Assembly: GCA_051294375.1 (NCBI GenBank)
Contig: CM119270.1
Span: 5,743,452-5,807,451, forward strand
Direction: 5' to 3'
From: Paraspadella gotoi
Lineage: Eukaryota; Animalia; Chaetognatha
DNA: 64,000 nucleotides
Shown: positions 34,101 to 48,301 of the stretch, piece by piece
How the letters are laid out: each line of letters opens with the position of its first letter
How positions within the stretch are numbered: position 1 is the first letter of the stretch
Made by a program: the position numbers and the translations under genes
The notes under the pieces: generated by a model
Seen by the model: only the letters and a program-made list of their open reading frames with translations
Told to the model about the DNA's origin: nothing
Databases searched by the model: none

Positions 34101-35927
34101 TTTATGTTCGGTTTAGTGAAATCAAAGTGATTCCTCCTCGTCCTTCTGGTCGGGAGTCACGCTCGGTCACCGCGCTCCTTTTGTCACGCTCCCCCTTGTT
34201 ACTTTGTCACGATATCATTTCCGACGACGACGACGACAACACGGAATCGGCGGGCGCGCCCACTTTCCACATCCGGGGTTAGTGCCCTACATCCGCCGTC
34301 GCCCACGCCGAACGTCTCTCTTTTTTTTTTCAGTTTTGCCCACACGGGGGTTTTCGCCGCCCGCCCGGTTTCCTCGACGCCGCTGCCCGCCTTCCCGTCG
34401 ATGCTGCTGCTTCTGCTGCTCCGCGGCTGCTTTTCGCCGATGACGCAGTTTCCAGCGGGTGACTGACCGGAAAATGGAGAGAAGACGATTTTTTCGACAG
34501 TATTTTTTTTTTTTTTTTAGCTTCAGTTTTTAATTTTCTTCAAGTGTTGTTTTTTCTCGTTGTTGTTGTTGTTGTAGTTTATTCTTTTTAACTAAATGTT
34601 TTTGTCCAAAAAACTGCCATAGTGGGGAGATTTGTTTTTTCTCTCTCTCTTCTCGGGAATCAACGAGGAAGTAAAATGAGACTAAAAGGAGGGAAAAAAA
34701 ATGTAAATAAACAAACACACGTAAGAAAAAGTTTGGAAAATCTATTCAGTTTGAAGTTTGAAATGTAAATGCATAATTGAATGACGCGCGTTAATACTAT
34801 AAATGTAGCGAGAATGTCATAATAGCCTTTACATTTTTTTATTCGAGTGTCANNNNNNNNNNNNNNNNNNNNNNNNNGTTTATTATTTAATCTCTTATTT
34901 ATACTGGCAATAAATGATTGGTTTTAGATTATTATTATTATCTATTCTGTATAATTATTTCGTAATGTAAGGGATAATGACGAGGGCCGCCTGCGTTGAT
35001 GGTTTTTGATTTTATTCTTCTATTTATACTGGCAATAAAATGATTGATTTTTTCCGTTGGCCGAGGATTTGAACAAGGAACTGAAGGGACTGAATAGTAG
35101 AAAAAATATAAGGTTTTTGGAGTTTTATCAAATAGTATGGACTTATTTTCCAACCCCTTTGAAAGTATAATTTTTTTAAAAAAACTTCTAAAAATAGGCA
35201 TCAAGTTTTTTCACGGTTTTTCTCTGAACGAAAAAACAGTAATATGATTATGAAAAGAAAAAAAAAACAAAACGAAACAATGATGACGTTTTGTTTTTCT
35301 TCTTGAACCTGAATATTTTATTCCAGCAATAAAACCCGGTAATTCGATCGTTTTACGATTAAAAAAAAGATTTTTAACCGCATGAAGAGAAATAAAAAAT
35401 GTTAAATTAATGGGTTTTTTTTGGCCAATGTCTTTTTTTAAGTAAAAACTGAAAAAGAAAAAAAATACTCCTGAGAATAAATGAAAAACCGAAAGATTTT
35501 TTTTCCTCTTAAACTTGGGACCGCAACTTCTGATTTCTGAAAGAAAAAAAAGTTCAGACTAATCAACTTTCTTCGCTCTCGAGTAAAGATTTACTTTCTT
35601 TACTGGAATTATTTTTCCTTTTTTTTATTAACTCTTTTTCCTTATATTCCGTCTTTTTTTCTTTCTTAATTTAGTTATTAGCTCTCATTTAAAAGGAAAT
35701 CACTGCCTTTTCGTCCAGGAAATTATAATTAAATTGAATTAAATAACAGAGAAATAGCGACTATGCTATTTTAAAAAAAGATTTTTAATAAAATATTTCA
35801 TATGAAATTAATTTTATTTAATATTTTTTAAAGTTTTATGCAAGTAAAATTTAAAAAAAAATGATGGACGGAAAATATACAGAAACGAGTTATTAATAGC
35901 TTTTCTGTCAACAGTGTATGACTATGA

Positions 35928-35981
<54 letters not shown>

Positions 35982-36107
35982 GCCTGGAGTGCGCTATCGA
36001 TTTCTTGTCAAATTCGTTTACTAAAGCCAGCGCGAGTAAAGGGAAGGAAATTTAGTTTTCTCTTGAGCGAAGTTTTGTCGAATTTAACTCCTTTTCTAAA
36101 TAAAACC

Positions 36108-36560
36108 TTTTTAGTCGGATCTGCTTATCAGCAGATCCCGACTCTATAATTAACTTTGTCGGTCCGTCGGTCCGCCCCCTCAATCTTGTCGGGCATTCGC
36201 TTATATCATGTCACAACATCAAATTATGATAAATTATGTAAAAAAAAACGATGTCCGTCTGTCTGTCTGTCTGTCGGTCTGTCCGTCCGTCCCACCTTAG
36301 CAAAAAACTCCAATTGCTCGTGATTGGATGGATGGATTGGAATGAAATTTTGTAAGTGTGTGATTGAGTTGGATATGAAGTTTCAATTGAATCGTGCGAG
36401 TTGAAATGAGTTTATTTGAACGTCAATAACTCATGTGTGGACGGGGCGATTGACTTAAAATTTTGTATGTGGGTAGGAAAGCGTGTGATTAAGTTGGAAA
36501 TAAAGTTTCGATGGAATCGATGGAAATGAGTTTAAATGGAAAAAACAAAAAACCTGCTAC
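36108..36560 (+). mobile_element. Helentron-associated / DINE-1-like non-autonomous element
   Basis: T-run followed by the AGTCGG-ATCTGCT/AGCAGAT-CCCGACT stem-loop, a (GTCY)n microsatellite and internal subrepeats; related inverted copy at 47350-47740. Confidence 0.6.
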
Positions 36561-36809
36561 ACTAATTGATTATGCTTCTTTTTCTTTTTATATTAAATGT
36601 AAATACAATAATCAAATAATTAATTTGTTAATTAATCAATTAGTCAATTAATTAATAAATAATTAATTAATCGGTCAATTAATCATTCAAGTATTCAATC
36701 AATAAATTTATTTAGTTATCTATTAATTAATTGTTCAATCAATCAATTTATTTTTAAATTAATTAATTATTTAATCATTCAATAAATCAAACAAGTCAAT
36801 CGTTATCTG

Positions 36810-37062
36810 TATTATTGTCATCGTTGCCATCATCGTCGTCATTGCTTTTGTCGTGGTCAGTGAGGAAAAGACCTAAAAACAAACATTTCAGATAAAATTA
36901 ATTAATTAATTAATTCACTAATTAATAATATAAATATATAAACTAAAATAATAATTTAATTAATAAATTAATTAGTTTGATCTGAAATGTTTGCTTTTAG
37001 GTCTTTTCGTCACTGACAATGACAAAAGCAACGACGCCGATGATGGCGACGACGACAATAAT
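36810..37062. repeat. Imperfect inverted repeat (~90-bp arms, AT-rich spacer), MITE/fold-back-like
   Basis: ..GTCAGTGAGGAAAAGACCTAAAAACAAACATTTCAGAT.. vs ..ATCTGAAATGTTTGCTTTTAGGTCTTTTCGTCACTGAC.. Confidence 0.75.
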
Positions 37063-37256
37063 AGCAATTATTATTTTAGTTTGTATTGATTAAATAATTA
37101 ATTAATTAATTACTGCTAATGATCGTTGGCAGATCCGACATAGTTTGCTTAAACTTTTTTTTTCCTTCGTGCGTCCATCCATTCGTCCCATTATCCGCTC
37201 TTTTCCGTTTGTACCTTCATCCCTCTTTCCGTCAGTATCTATCTTTACTCCTATTT

Positions 37257-37515
37257 CCGTCGGTATCTCCATCTTCATCCCATCTTCCATCTGTTTCCTC
37301 CTTCCTCTTCTCCGTCGGTATCTCCATCTTCATCCCATCTTCCATCTGTTTCCTCCTTCCTCTTCTCCCTCGGTATCTCCATCTTCATCCCATCTTCCAT
37401 CTGTTTCCTCCTTCCTCTTCTCCGTCGGTATCTCCATCTTCATCCCATCTTCCATCTGTTTCCTCCTTCCTCTTCTCCCTCAGTATCTCCATCTTCATCC
37501 CATCTTCCATCTGTC
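37257..37515. repeat. 55-bp pyrimidine-rich minisatellite, ~4.7 copies
   Basis: C(G/A)GTATCTCCATCTTCATCCCATCTTCCATCTG.. at 37261, 37316, 37371, 37426, 37481. Confidence 0.92.
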
Positions 37516-39497
37516 CCTCCGTCCTTTTCGACGTCCCTTCGTCGTCCTTCTCTACATCCGTCCCGTTTCTCCATATATTTTTGTTATAAATTAAGTTATT
37601 TTCATTAATAACATTGAGAACGAATAATCGTAGGCTATTGAGAGTGGGTTCAAATTAAAGCTCTCTTTCGGTAGATAATGATTGATATAAAGAAAGTAAA
37701 GTTAATTATAACGAAACTCTCTTTCCCTTGATATCTCTTCCTTCATTTTTTTCAATCTGTCTTCCCAGCTTTTTCTCCCTCTGTCCCTTTGTCCTTTTTT
37801 CTTCGTCCGTCCGTCCGTCTCATCGTCCTTCTCTCTCGTTTGTTCCGCGGTCAGATCATAAAACTTTCATTGTCGTTTGACTCTCGGCGTCGGTGACGTC
37901 ATCGCCGACGAAGGCGAAAAAGAGTAACGAAACAGAATAATTATTCCAAAAAAAAAAAAGGATTAATATAGAACTAGGAAAAAAAACTAACCAAAATAAT
38001 TATCGAAAAGAAAATTACGATTAAACTGTTAATCGTGAGAAAATACACGTCATAGTTGCTAAGACAATCGTAACGAAAGCTTGATACACACAGTCCTTCA
38101 AAATATACGTATATATAATCGCTATCGTCATACTAGTAATCGTCGTCATCTTTTTCACGTCTGCGTTTAATTGTCTTCGTCGTCTTCGTCTTCGTTTCTA
38201 TTTTTAGCATCATCGTCTTTCGAGTCTTCTTCTCGACAATGCCAAGGCCGTTGCATGACGCGCGAGCTCGGAACAAAAACCCAACCAAAAAAAAAAAACA
38301 ACGAAAAAAAAAACAACAAAAAAAAAAAAAAAAACAACCGCTGTGTCGTAATCAGTCAGCGAGGCGAGGAACAACTCCTTTTACGATTTCAGAACTGTGT
38401 TTATAATTTTTAAACAGTTGTTAATAGTTACTTTTGACTTTAAACGCACATGATATTAATATATAACCGAATAGGAAGAAATGATATTCTTGTTAGATTT
38501 GGAAAATAATTTTCAAACGAAAAATCATTTAAGAAGATAGAAAGCAAAAAATATAATCAGTAAGACGTTTCGAAAGAGCAGAAAACACAGAGAGATAGCC
38601 AAAAACACAAAAATAGAATGGAATATGTCAAAACTAAGAACTAATTATCAATGATTGAGATGAATATTTAACCTCAGAATCTGAGAAGATCGAGATCGAA
38701 AAGGGAAAGAGAAAAACGAGTTTGACGGGATCTTCGGCGTCGGAGGAGACGACCGAGGCTAAGGACGCTAAAGGAAGGACACCCCCGCCGCTGCCCGACC
38801 GCCGCCGCCGCCGCCGCAGATCGAATTTCTACGGAGTCACAGTAGGGAGATTCGTTCGAAAATGCAATTAAATGATTAATGCCGTAAGGTACTATATCCA
38901 AAGAGACTTCTAGTACCATTCGGTACTAGAAAAACCCCTTTTGAAGTAAATTTAAGTTTAAGTTTCAATGTCACATTTCGAAACGACATATCAACGTATT
39001 TCTGATCCAGAGTGAACTTAATATTTGGAAATAGGGCACGCGGCACAAAGAGTGGAAGAACTTTCAATGTTTTTTTTTTTTCGCAAGAAACGCGTTGATT
39101 TATTCGTCTGCTGCGAGGAAAAACCAATTGTATGTCCTCGTTGCGCTTTCGCGTAATTAAAACGGTGAGTAGAAACTGTAAGAGTTGTGGCCAGAAAAAG
39201 CAATAGTGCAAATTGAAAACAGTAGGTTAGAGAGCGTTCGCAAAGCAAGAGGAAAAAACAACTGTGAGGCGGACAGTTACGATGACAGAAAAAAAGCTTC
39301 GTGGTCACAAAGTTGACTCGGATGCGAAGAGAAGCAACACGAGGGATTCGACGGGCAGATGGCGGCATTTGACGGCACAAACTGATGGCACCAACTGATG
39401 GAACCCTTTGATTTTGATTTCGTTCGAGTTAGTCGTTAGTTTATTTATGAAATATATTCTTTATCGTCGGTGCAGTCAAAACTCGCTCGTCATTCAC

Positions 39498-39603
39498 CGC
39501 TGTCGATATCCGAGAGCCCTTCAATGTTTATTTCTTTCTTTCTTCGGCGTTCCCAGTATTTAAAGGAATTTAATTTTGGTTTATTTAGCACTTGTTCCGC
39601 CAT
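39498..39603 (-). CDS. Candidate alternative PKA-C first exon MAEQVLNKPKLNSFKYWERRRKKEINIEGLSDIDS
   Basis: ATG at 39603, G|GTGAAT donor, 106 nt = phase 1. Joining to exon 2 gives ..IDSVKEFL, paralleling canonical ..QESVKEFL. Confidence 0.6.
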
Positions 39604-40211
39604 CGTCGTATTCGTCGTTGTCCTACTTGTCGTCGTGAATTCGTTCAATAGGAATATTAAAAAAAAATCAATAAACTGATTTTTAATTTTGATGTAAAAA
39701 TTAAGAAAAATTAAAAAAAAACCCTGAATCACCGAAAGACATATTCTCCAAGACTTCTTGAGAAAATAGATTTCTCGGAAAACTGTTTACTCGCAGAAAA
39801 AAAAAGGTAAACAAAACAAAAAGGGACCCATCAATCTCACAAAAAAAACAAACCGAAAAGACAAAAGACAAACTCCGATCGCGATGCTTGAAAATAAAAC
39901 CGAAAGAAAAACCGATGACTTAACGAGATGCGGCGATTCCAATTAGGAAAAGGTTAAAAGTTTATTCGAGTCATATATATAGATAATATAGATAAAAAGG
40001 GTTTTATCGTTTTTAGATGACGACTGCTTCAGTTGTAACGTTATAGATGATTTTTTCCCTTCTGATCTGCTGAACGAACGTCATTCTTTTCCGCTTTCGA
40101 TTTCGTTTTGTTTTTTTTTTTTGACAAATTATTTTCTTTTTATTTCTTTTCGATTTTATTTTAAAAGGATTAGTATTCTCTGTTGAGTTGTTTGCTGAAG
40201 CTGGAAGAGGA

Positions 40212-40274
<63 letters not shown>

Positions 40275-40371
40275 ATCTCTCTCTCTATCTTCCTCTTCGA
40301 CCCTGGTTGAACTGAGACTTGCAGCACGACCGCAGCAGCAGTTCCAGAGCCTAGAGAAAAGAAGAAGAGAG

Positions 40372-40430
<59 letters not shown>

Positions 40431-40788
40431 AGGAGAGAGAGAGGAGAGAAGGAGGAGAGGAGAGAAGGCGTGTTAACTCGTGTAACGGACGGACGCTGCA
40501 TAAGAGCAGAAAGAATCCCGGGTACACGTCGTCGTCTTCGTCGTCGTCGTCGTCGTCGTCGACTGCATCATTGACGGCGTCGGTGGCGAGAGGGCGGTAG
40601 ATGGATCTCACACGATGCTAAATCAATTAACTCATCTCTCATCTATGATTTATATAATTATATTTTATATATTATTATATAATATATAAATCCTCTCTCG
40701 ATTTCAATACCTATATTTTTGATAATGTTTTCTCCTGTCTGTTAAATTCTCTCTTCCCTTTTTGTCTATTACAATTTTTTTTATGGTT

Positions 40789-40852
<64 letters not shown>

Positions 40853-41114
40853 GTCTCCTTCTCCCACTTGCTGTCTATTGGCACGACGTCTCTGTCTGAC
40901 CGGAAATGGACACATCCTGACTTCGGGTTTTCCCAGTTTCGCTTTTAACGAAAAAGTCCCGATTAAAAATCAGATAAAAACGAAAATGAAATGATTAGTT
41001 TTCTTTAATACGGAAAGAAATTTAGTTAAAAGTGATCAGAGAAATATAATTAAACTAGAAGAAAACAACACGAATGTGAAACAGGAGACAAGACAAACTA
41101 CGACTAACTTACTT

Positions 41115-41224
41115 AGAAAAGAAAAGAAAAGAAAGAAAAGAAAAGAAAAGAAAAGAAAAGAAAAGAAAAGAAAAGAAAAGAAAAGAAAAGAAAAGAAAAG
41201 AAAAGAAAAGAAAAGAAAAGAAAA
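41115..41224. repeat. (GAAAA)n microsatellite
   Basis: Direct inspection. Confidence 0.95.
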
Positions 41225-42104
41225 TAGAGAGAAGTCGATTATGAGTGGGCGAGACCTCCCGAGAATAGAAGCGTGGGCGGGTGAGGAAGAGAGAAGATGG
41301 GGGTAATGATAAGGTCATATGGATAGGGGGGGAGAGAGAGTGAGTTCTGGAGCAAGAAGTAAGTCAAAGATGGTCGGGACTGTCGTCGCCTTTATTGTCT
41401 TTTTGATGGCAGGGAGATGAGGGGCGATGGGAAGAGGGAGGCAGGGAGGCGGGGAGGATAAGTGGGGACGACCGGATCGGAATCGTGGCACGAGATGATG
41501 AAGAGGAGGAGGAGGAAGAAGAAGAGGGGGAGGAGGAGGAAGAGAAACGAGAGCAGCAGCGTCCGTCGAAAGAAATTGCTATCGAACCCTAGCGGGAGAA
41601 AACGAGAAGCTTTTTTTTTTCAACAAAAGAACAAAATCTTTCATCATCGAACTAATTTTACTAGATATTTATGATTTTTTTTTTTTAAATACGATCTGGT
41701 AACAAAATAAATGCTAGTGGGAAGAAACAGTATTTATTTTTTTATTTATTTTTTTTATTATAAAATTCAGGGCACGAAATCCAAATTGGTGGGGTAATTA
41801 AGATTCATTTATACGAACAACACAATCGCCCAAATAATAAGAAAAATAGAACTATCGATCTATCCATCCATCCATCAATCAATCCCGCATTTAACGAAAA
41901 AGTGAATAACTTCGATAGGGCTCGAAAAAAATTGTCAATTGTTTCCGAAGACCCAACCGTTTCTGAATTACGTTACGTAACGATAGCTAAAACTTTAAAT
42001 ACTTAGTGTGCGGTTTTTCTTTATTAGTGTTACGCTTCTATGTTTAGAGTCATATTCTTACAACAGTATCTAGCGTATTTCTAATCTAAATTCACTTAAT
42101 TATC

Positions 42105-42111
42105 ATTATTA

Positions 42112-42195
<84 letters not shown>

Positions 42196-42200
42196 ATTAA

Positions 42201-42298
<98 letters not shown>
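42105..42298. repeat. (TAT)n microsatellite
   Basis: Direct inspection. Confidence 0.97.
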
Positions 42299-42299
<1 letters not shown>

Positions 42300-42881
42300 G
42301 ACTCGAAACTAAAGTTGTCAACTCACAGAAAAATTCGAAGACGTTTGAGGTTTGAGGCGGAAAATCTTCCGTTTCGTCTGAAGGCCAATCGTGAAAACTT
42401 TTATTAAATAATAAATATATAAATAAATATTATAAATATCTACTAAAATATCCCATTTTGCCCCCCTTTTGTTCGTTCTTCCCGGAATTTGATTTTAACC
42501 TCAATATTTAACGTAAATAATTTTTTTAAACTTGTAAAACAATCCCTGACCCTAATCCCTAATTTTTACCCCTAAATACTAATCGCTAACCTCATTCTAA
42601 ATTTAAGATAAAATGGGGCGGTCTGGGAAAAAAATGGCCGCCATATCTCTTTCCCACTCAGCCCCTCTGCCCTTTTGCTTTAAAAGCTCAGCTCAGCTGG
42701 AATACCTTTTCTAAATTTCTTTTCTCTATCGATTTACTTATCAGTTATGGCCTATGGGGTCCCCAACTTTTTATTACTTTTTTCTCTCTTTTCCATCCTT
42801 TAATTCTATTTGTATACTTTTCCTCTATATTTCATCCATTTATTTTTAATCACGAATTTCTTACGATTCTCTCCCTCTTTC

Positions 42882-42968
<87 letters not shown>

Positions 42969-43144
42969 GATTGTGCCGACGAGCCTTACCCCTCTCCTTC
43001 TCCTCTCTTTCTCCTCTCCTTCGCCTCCCCAACCTAAAGACGACTTCCTACCCTTGACCTGTTTTCCTTCTCTTCTCTCGATCCTCCCCCCTACCTCCTC
43101 CCTCCCCTCCTTCCTCTCCCTCCTTTCTCTCCTCTCCCTCCCAC

Positions 43145-43253
43145 CTGTGGGCGTTTCCTTCATCTTCTCCCTCTCCTCTTCCTCTTCCTCTCCCAACGAT
43201 TCCTCGGAGGTCGAGAGTTCGCATCTCCTCATGCTTTCCAAAATACTTTCCAT
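43145..43253 (-). CDS. Candidate alternative first exon MESILESMRRCELSTSEESLGEEEEEEREKMKETPT
   Basis: ATG at 43253, CAG|GT donor in phase 1 (a second phase-1 donor would end the exon at 43034); partly low complexity. Confidence 0.4.
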
Positions 43254-43647
43254 TGTTTATAAATCTGTTTTCTTTTGTTTCTTTGTTTCGTTGGTTTCGT
43301 TCGATTAATTGAATGTTGAATTGTTGATTTTTTCCCGTCGATTTGTGAACGTGTTTAATGGAGCCACTTTTTAAACTAAAGAAGATATATTCCGTTGTTT
43401 TGAGAGCGTCGATACATCAGCATTGTCAATAGTTCATAGCATATTTCACAAATTTCAATTAGATTTTTTGCAGATTCCGGATTCTGAGTTTAGCTTAAGA
43501 TGATCGCCTTTTGTTCCTCGAATTTAATTTAGTTTCATTTATAAGTTTAGTTAAATCCAATGATTTGCGAACACGTCGGGTTAACCCAAAGCCGTGGCGA
43601 CAACTCTTTCATTTTTCGTACATTTGAAATCTGAGAGATTGTGAGAC

Positions 43648-43736
<89 letters not shown>

Positions 43737-44973
43737 GAGCGACAAGTGGTTAACCGCTCGACGATTTGTCTCATTTTAACAAACGAGAATAGGCGAGAAA
43801 GAAGCTTGCTAAGCTTGCTTAGCAAGCAAGACGACCTCGTTGCAGTCGCACGCACGGACGCGTTTGTGACTTTCGCTCGGACGCTCTCCTGTCACCGATT
43901 CGTACAATTTTCGCTTTAAAACTCCTAAAATGTTTTAACTTAGTGAGAGATATATGAAATGCGAATCGGGAGAGAAAAAGTTAGTAGTTTTATACTGAAT
44001 TTTTTGCTTTACCGCTATATTTTGTTCGATTTAACATGCGTATTTAGTATCATGTAAACATATTTGCTTTGGATGTATCAATTTTTCAGCATACCACTCT
44101 GAGTCCAATCAAATATAAAACAAACAAAATGGAAGCGTAAGTTTCCCTTTTTCGCTGGGGAAGAAATAAAAAAAAATCATTTAAAAAAAATGATTTTTTT
44201 TCTTTTAGAAGCTGAAATCTTTTGATAAAATTGGGAAATATTTTCTTTTTAAAATTAAAAAAAAAGAAAAATAAATTAAAATTTTGAAAAAAAAAGAAAA
44301 CACTTAATAGTTTACATTTTCGTAAAGAGTATTCTCTAGTAATATGTATGACATAAAAAAGTAAGTACAAAAAAATAAAATCCTACGAAAAAATTCGGTT
44401 GTGGAAATTCGCCGGAAAAAAAAGAAATTCCAACAACGAGAAATATTTCTTTTTTTAAATTTTCAAGAGATGAGGAATTTTCATTTTAAAACCGACGAAA
44501 ATTTGTATACTTTTTCAGATAAAACTTAACCAAAACTTTTAAACATTTTTTTAAATAAATGTTTTGCATCATCGGTATGAAGGTAGTATAAGAATTATTC
44601 AACATGTCAATAGCCGATTGTCAATTCTATTTTGATAACAAAAAAAGGCAACGACGCAGGTTAAACCGTTTGGCGGTCGGAAAAAAAAACTTTGTAAGAA
44701 AATATTTCTGTTTTAAAAATTCCACTTTTTCGTGATTTTTGTACTTTTTCCACTGTTTATATGTTGTACTACTTTTTTTCCTACCTTTTGAAGTCTTGAA
44801 AAGAAAAAAAAAACATTTCAAGAGCTCCTACTATTTCATTAAAAAAAAACAATGAGATTATAAAAAAATTAAAATAAGAAAAAGTCGATTGTACAGTTAG
44901 ATTTTTGTCAGAATAAAAAAAATTCAAGAGGAAACTCTCAACAGAAAAAGAACTAAAAGTGAAGTCCCTTGAG

Positions 44974-45050
<77 letters not shown>

Positions 45051-45379
45051 AGCTCTAACTCTCTCTCGGTCTTCCTTTTACTCTCCATCAAGTAAAAATC
45101 CTTAACTACAAAAAAATAAAAAAAAAGTTGATACGAGTTGCGAGGGAAAAATAGGTGAAAAAAATTTCAAGAACATTGGATAAATAATCTTTTCTTTCGC
45201 GAAGGTAGACTATTTTTTGACTAATTTCTATGGTAAATGACTTAATTAAATTCAATTTTCATAGTCACGAAAATAAAGAAAAATATGAGACCAGTATCAA
45301 AATAAAAAAAAATAACTGATAAAACAATAAGTACATTTGAAATCTGAGAGAGTGTGAGCGTGCAGTAGAGAGACGCAGG

Positions 45380-45459
<80 letters not shown>

Positions 45460-45519
45460 GGAAGAGAGAGAAGAGAAAAGAAAGGGATAGAACAGGCATG
45501 AAAGAATATAACATAAACA

Positions 45520-45927
45520 TTAAACATCAAAGCCTGTCCAAAGTCAGGGCAAGATAGCTTATTTATTAATATATTGGTAATTTTTATATTGGGTTTTACC
45601 AATTTCATAAAATTCAGCTCCTTGTATTTTGATGCTAGTGCGGAGTACAATAAGTATTCCCCGATCTTAATACTAAAGGGAGTGGTCTTTTTATACAATT
45701 GAAACATCTTTGAAATATTTTCCACTTCATTGATAGGGAAGCCGGTACTCTGGGAGTATAAACGGACTGTGAGAGAGTCTTGATTGAAAGCTTGCAGGGA
45801 CCTGCTATGTAATTATCTTGTAAGAGTGATGGAGGCCTTAAACCACCAAAGCCTGTCCAAAGTCAGGGGCAAGATAGCTTATTTATTAAATGAATGGATA
45901 ATTTTTATATTGGTTGTACAAAATTTC
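45520..45927 (-). repeat. Two direct copies (~320-bp spacing) of the same dispersed repeat flanking an ORF-like fragment
   Basis: AAAGCCTGTCCAAAGTCAGGG(G)CAAGATAGCTTATTTATTAA at ~45528 and ~45848. Confidence 0.7.
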
Positions 45928-46626
45928 AGTATTCATATCTATAAATAGGATAACATCTCTAATACGATGCGAGCAAAATAGAAAAAGAAACGGTAACCTA
46001 AGGGTAGCATATTTTACTGTTAAGTTTTGCGCTTTATCGTAAACATATTAGTTTAAAAGAAAGTATCATTCGAAGCTCTAATTTTTTGGCTTTAACTTTT
46101 TTTCAAATTTTTATTCCCAAACGCTTTTTTGTTAAACGTATTGCGTATATAATATTTTATTAATAAAGTCTCGCGTCACAAACAAGTAGAATCAATTTGT
46201 GGTCGGTTTTTTTGAATTTTTAAAAATCACAATTCGCGGGTTTTTATTCGCTTTTTATTTATTTTATTTTCTTTTTCAATCATTGATTTAAAAGTCTTCT
46301 TTTTTGGTTTGTGCATTCGCGTCACGTAGACCCGTAATTTTTCTTGTCGCTTAAAAGAAAAAAATAATTTTTTCTAGATTTTTTTATTAGTACCTTTTTT
46401 TTTCATTGCGACCATACGATTTAAACGACAATGACGACGACGACGACGACGACGACTCAGGAAAAGAAAACGATGACGAAGATATCTGTGGATTGTCTTT
46501 ATCTCAAACTGAGTAATGTAAACAAATGTCACACGGGGATGCATTTAGAAAGAGAGATGAAGAGAAAAAAGGGTGGAAGCCAGAGCGAGAAGAATATATG
46601 AGATAGAGAGGAGAGAGATAAGATAG

Positions 46627-46670
<44 letters not shown>

Positions 46671-46738
46671 ATGTTTTGATCACTTTTTTCTAAACCTCAG
46701 CGTTAATCTTAACATTCCGCCTCAGTTTTATTTCGTGT

Positions 46739-46823
<85 letters not shown>

Positions 46824-47205
46824 CTCTCTATCTCTCGCTTTTGATTTCGCCTCATCTTCAATATTAATCCTCAAGATAAGGCAACAGTAGTGATTCCCTC
46901 TCGAGTGAATTGAATATTGTATAAAAATACCCAGAGAGAGAGAAAGAGAGAAATGGAGAGAGAATTAGAGAAAGAGAGGGAGAGTGTGTGTGTGTGTGTG
47001 TGTGAGTGTGTGTTTGTGAGAGAGAGAGAGGAAGAGAAGAGAGAGAAGAGAGAGGAGAGATGAGAGAGAGAGAGGAGAGAGAAGAAGAGAGAGAGAGAGA
47101 GAGAGGAAAGACGAGAGAGAGAAGAGAGAGAGAGAGAAGAGAGAGAGAGAAGAGAAGAGAAGAGAGAGAATAGGAGAGAGAGAGAGACGAAGAGGAGAGA
47201 GAGAG

Positions 47206-47243
<38 letters not shown>

Positions 47244-47349
47244 TTGAAAAAACAAAGTCGGAACTGGCCACGATCATTAGCGGATTAATTATTAAATTAA
47301 TTAATTTGTTCCAAAATGTTTGATTTCAGGTATTTTTATCACTGAACAC

Positions 47350-47740
47350 GACAAACGTATTCATTTAAACTCATTTCCGCTCAGACGATTCCTTCGCAAC
47401 TTGATTTCCAGCTTAATCACACACTTTCCAACCCACTTACAAAATTTACGGTCAATTGCCCCATCCACTTATGAGTAATTGGCGTTCAAATAGTGAAATA
47501 TATATTTTTTTGTTTTTTCCATTTAAACTTTTTTCTACTCGTACGATTCCATCGAAACTTCATATCCAGCTCAATCACACACTTCCCCACTCACACACAA
47601 AGTTTCATTTTGATCCAACCATCTAATCATGAGTAATTTGAGTTTTTTGCTAAGGTGGGGCGGACGGACGGACAGACAGACAGACAGACAGACAGCCAAA
47701 CGGACGGACGGACAGACGGACGGACGGACGGACGGACTAA
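47350..47740 (-). mobile_element. Second, diverged copy of the DINE-1-like element
   Basis: Reverse-complement similarity to 36250-36540 (CCCACCTTAGCAAAAAACTC.., (GTCY)n tract). Confidence 0.6.
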
Positions 47741-48266
47741 AAAAGAAAAAAATATATCTATATCCCTTTATGACAAACAAGAACTTATTCCAGACAGAAG
47801 TAATGGTATCTTCATTAAAAGAGTGTATTAGTGTCAAAAAGAGACAAAAAAATAATAAAATATAAAATTTTGCCGGAGTATAAATCAAAGATAAAGATAA
47901 ATATCCAAAATTTCAAATTGGCAAATATTATTTTCGTAACGTTTCCGCCAGGACGGATCCCACATAAAATCAAGATTTACTCTTTTGTTAACATCTTTTA
48001 CTTCGTTACTTTTTTTCTTTCGTTCAGCACAATCCATACGTATAATTTTTTTGTGAGGTGATTTGTTACACCTGTCAAATAATGTCAACAAAAAAAAAAG
48101 AGACTAATGATAGTTTATGACTGAAATAAAAAGCAATTAATCGCGACGCCTCCGAATGGCACCGTGGGGGGCGATGACGCTCTTCTCATAAAAAGAAAGA
48201 GAACATCCCACTTCAAATAATTTACATAGGACAGAGAGAGAGACAGAGGAGAGAGAGTAGAGAGCC

Positions 48267-48301
<35 letters not shown>

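Noticed and set aside
35055-35100. GTTCAAATCC B-box-like motif (minus strand)
   Set aside because: No A-box or cloverleaf; not a tRNA, at most a SINE remnant.
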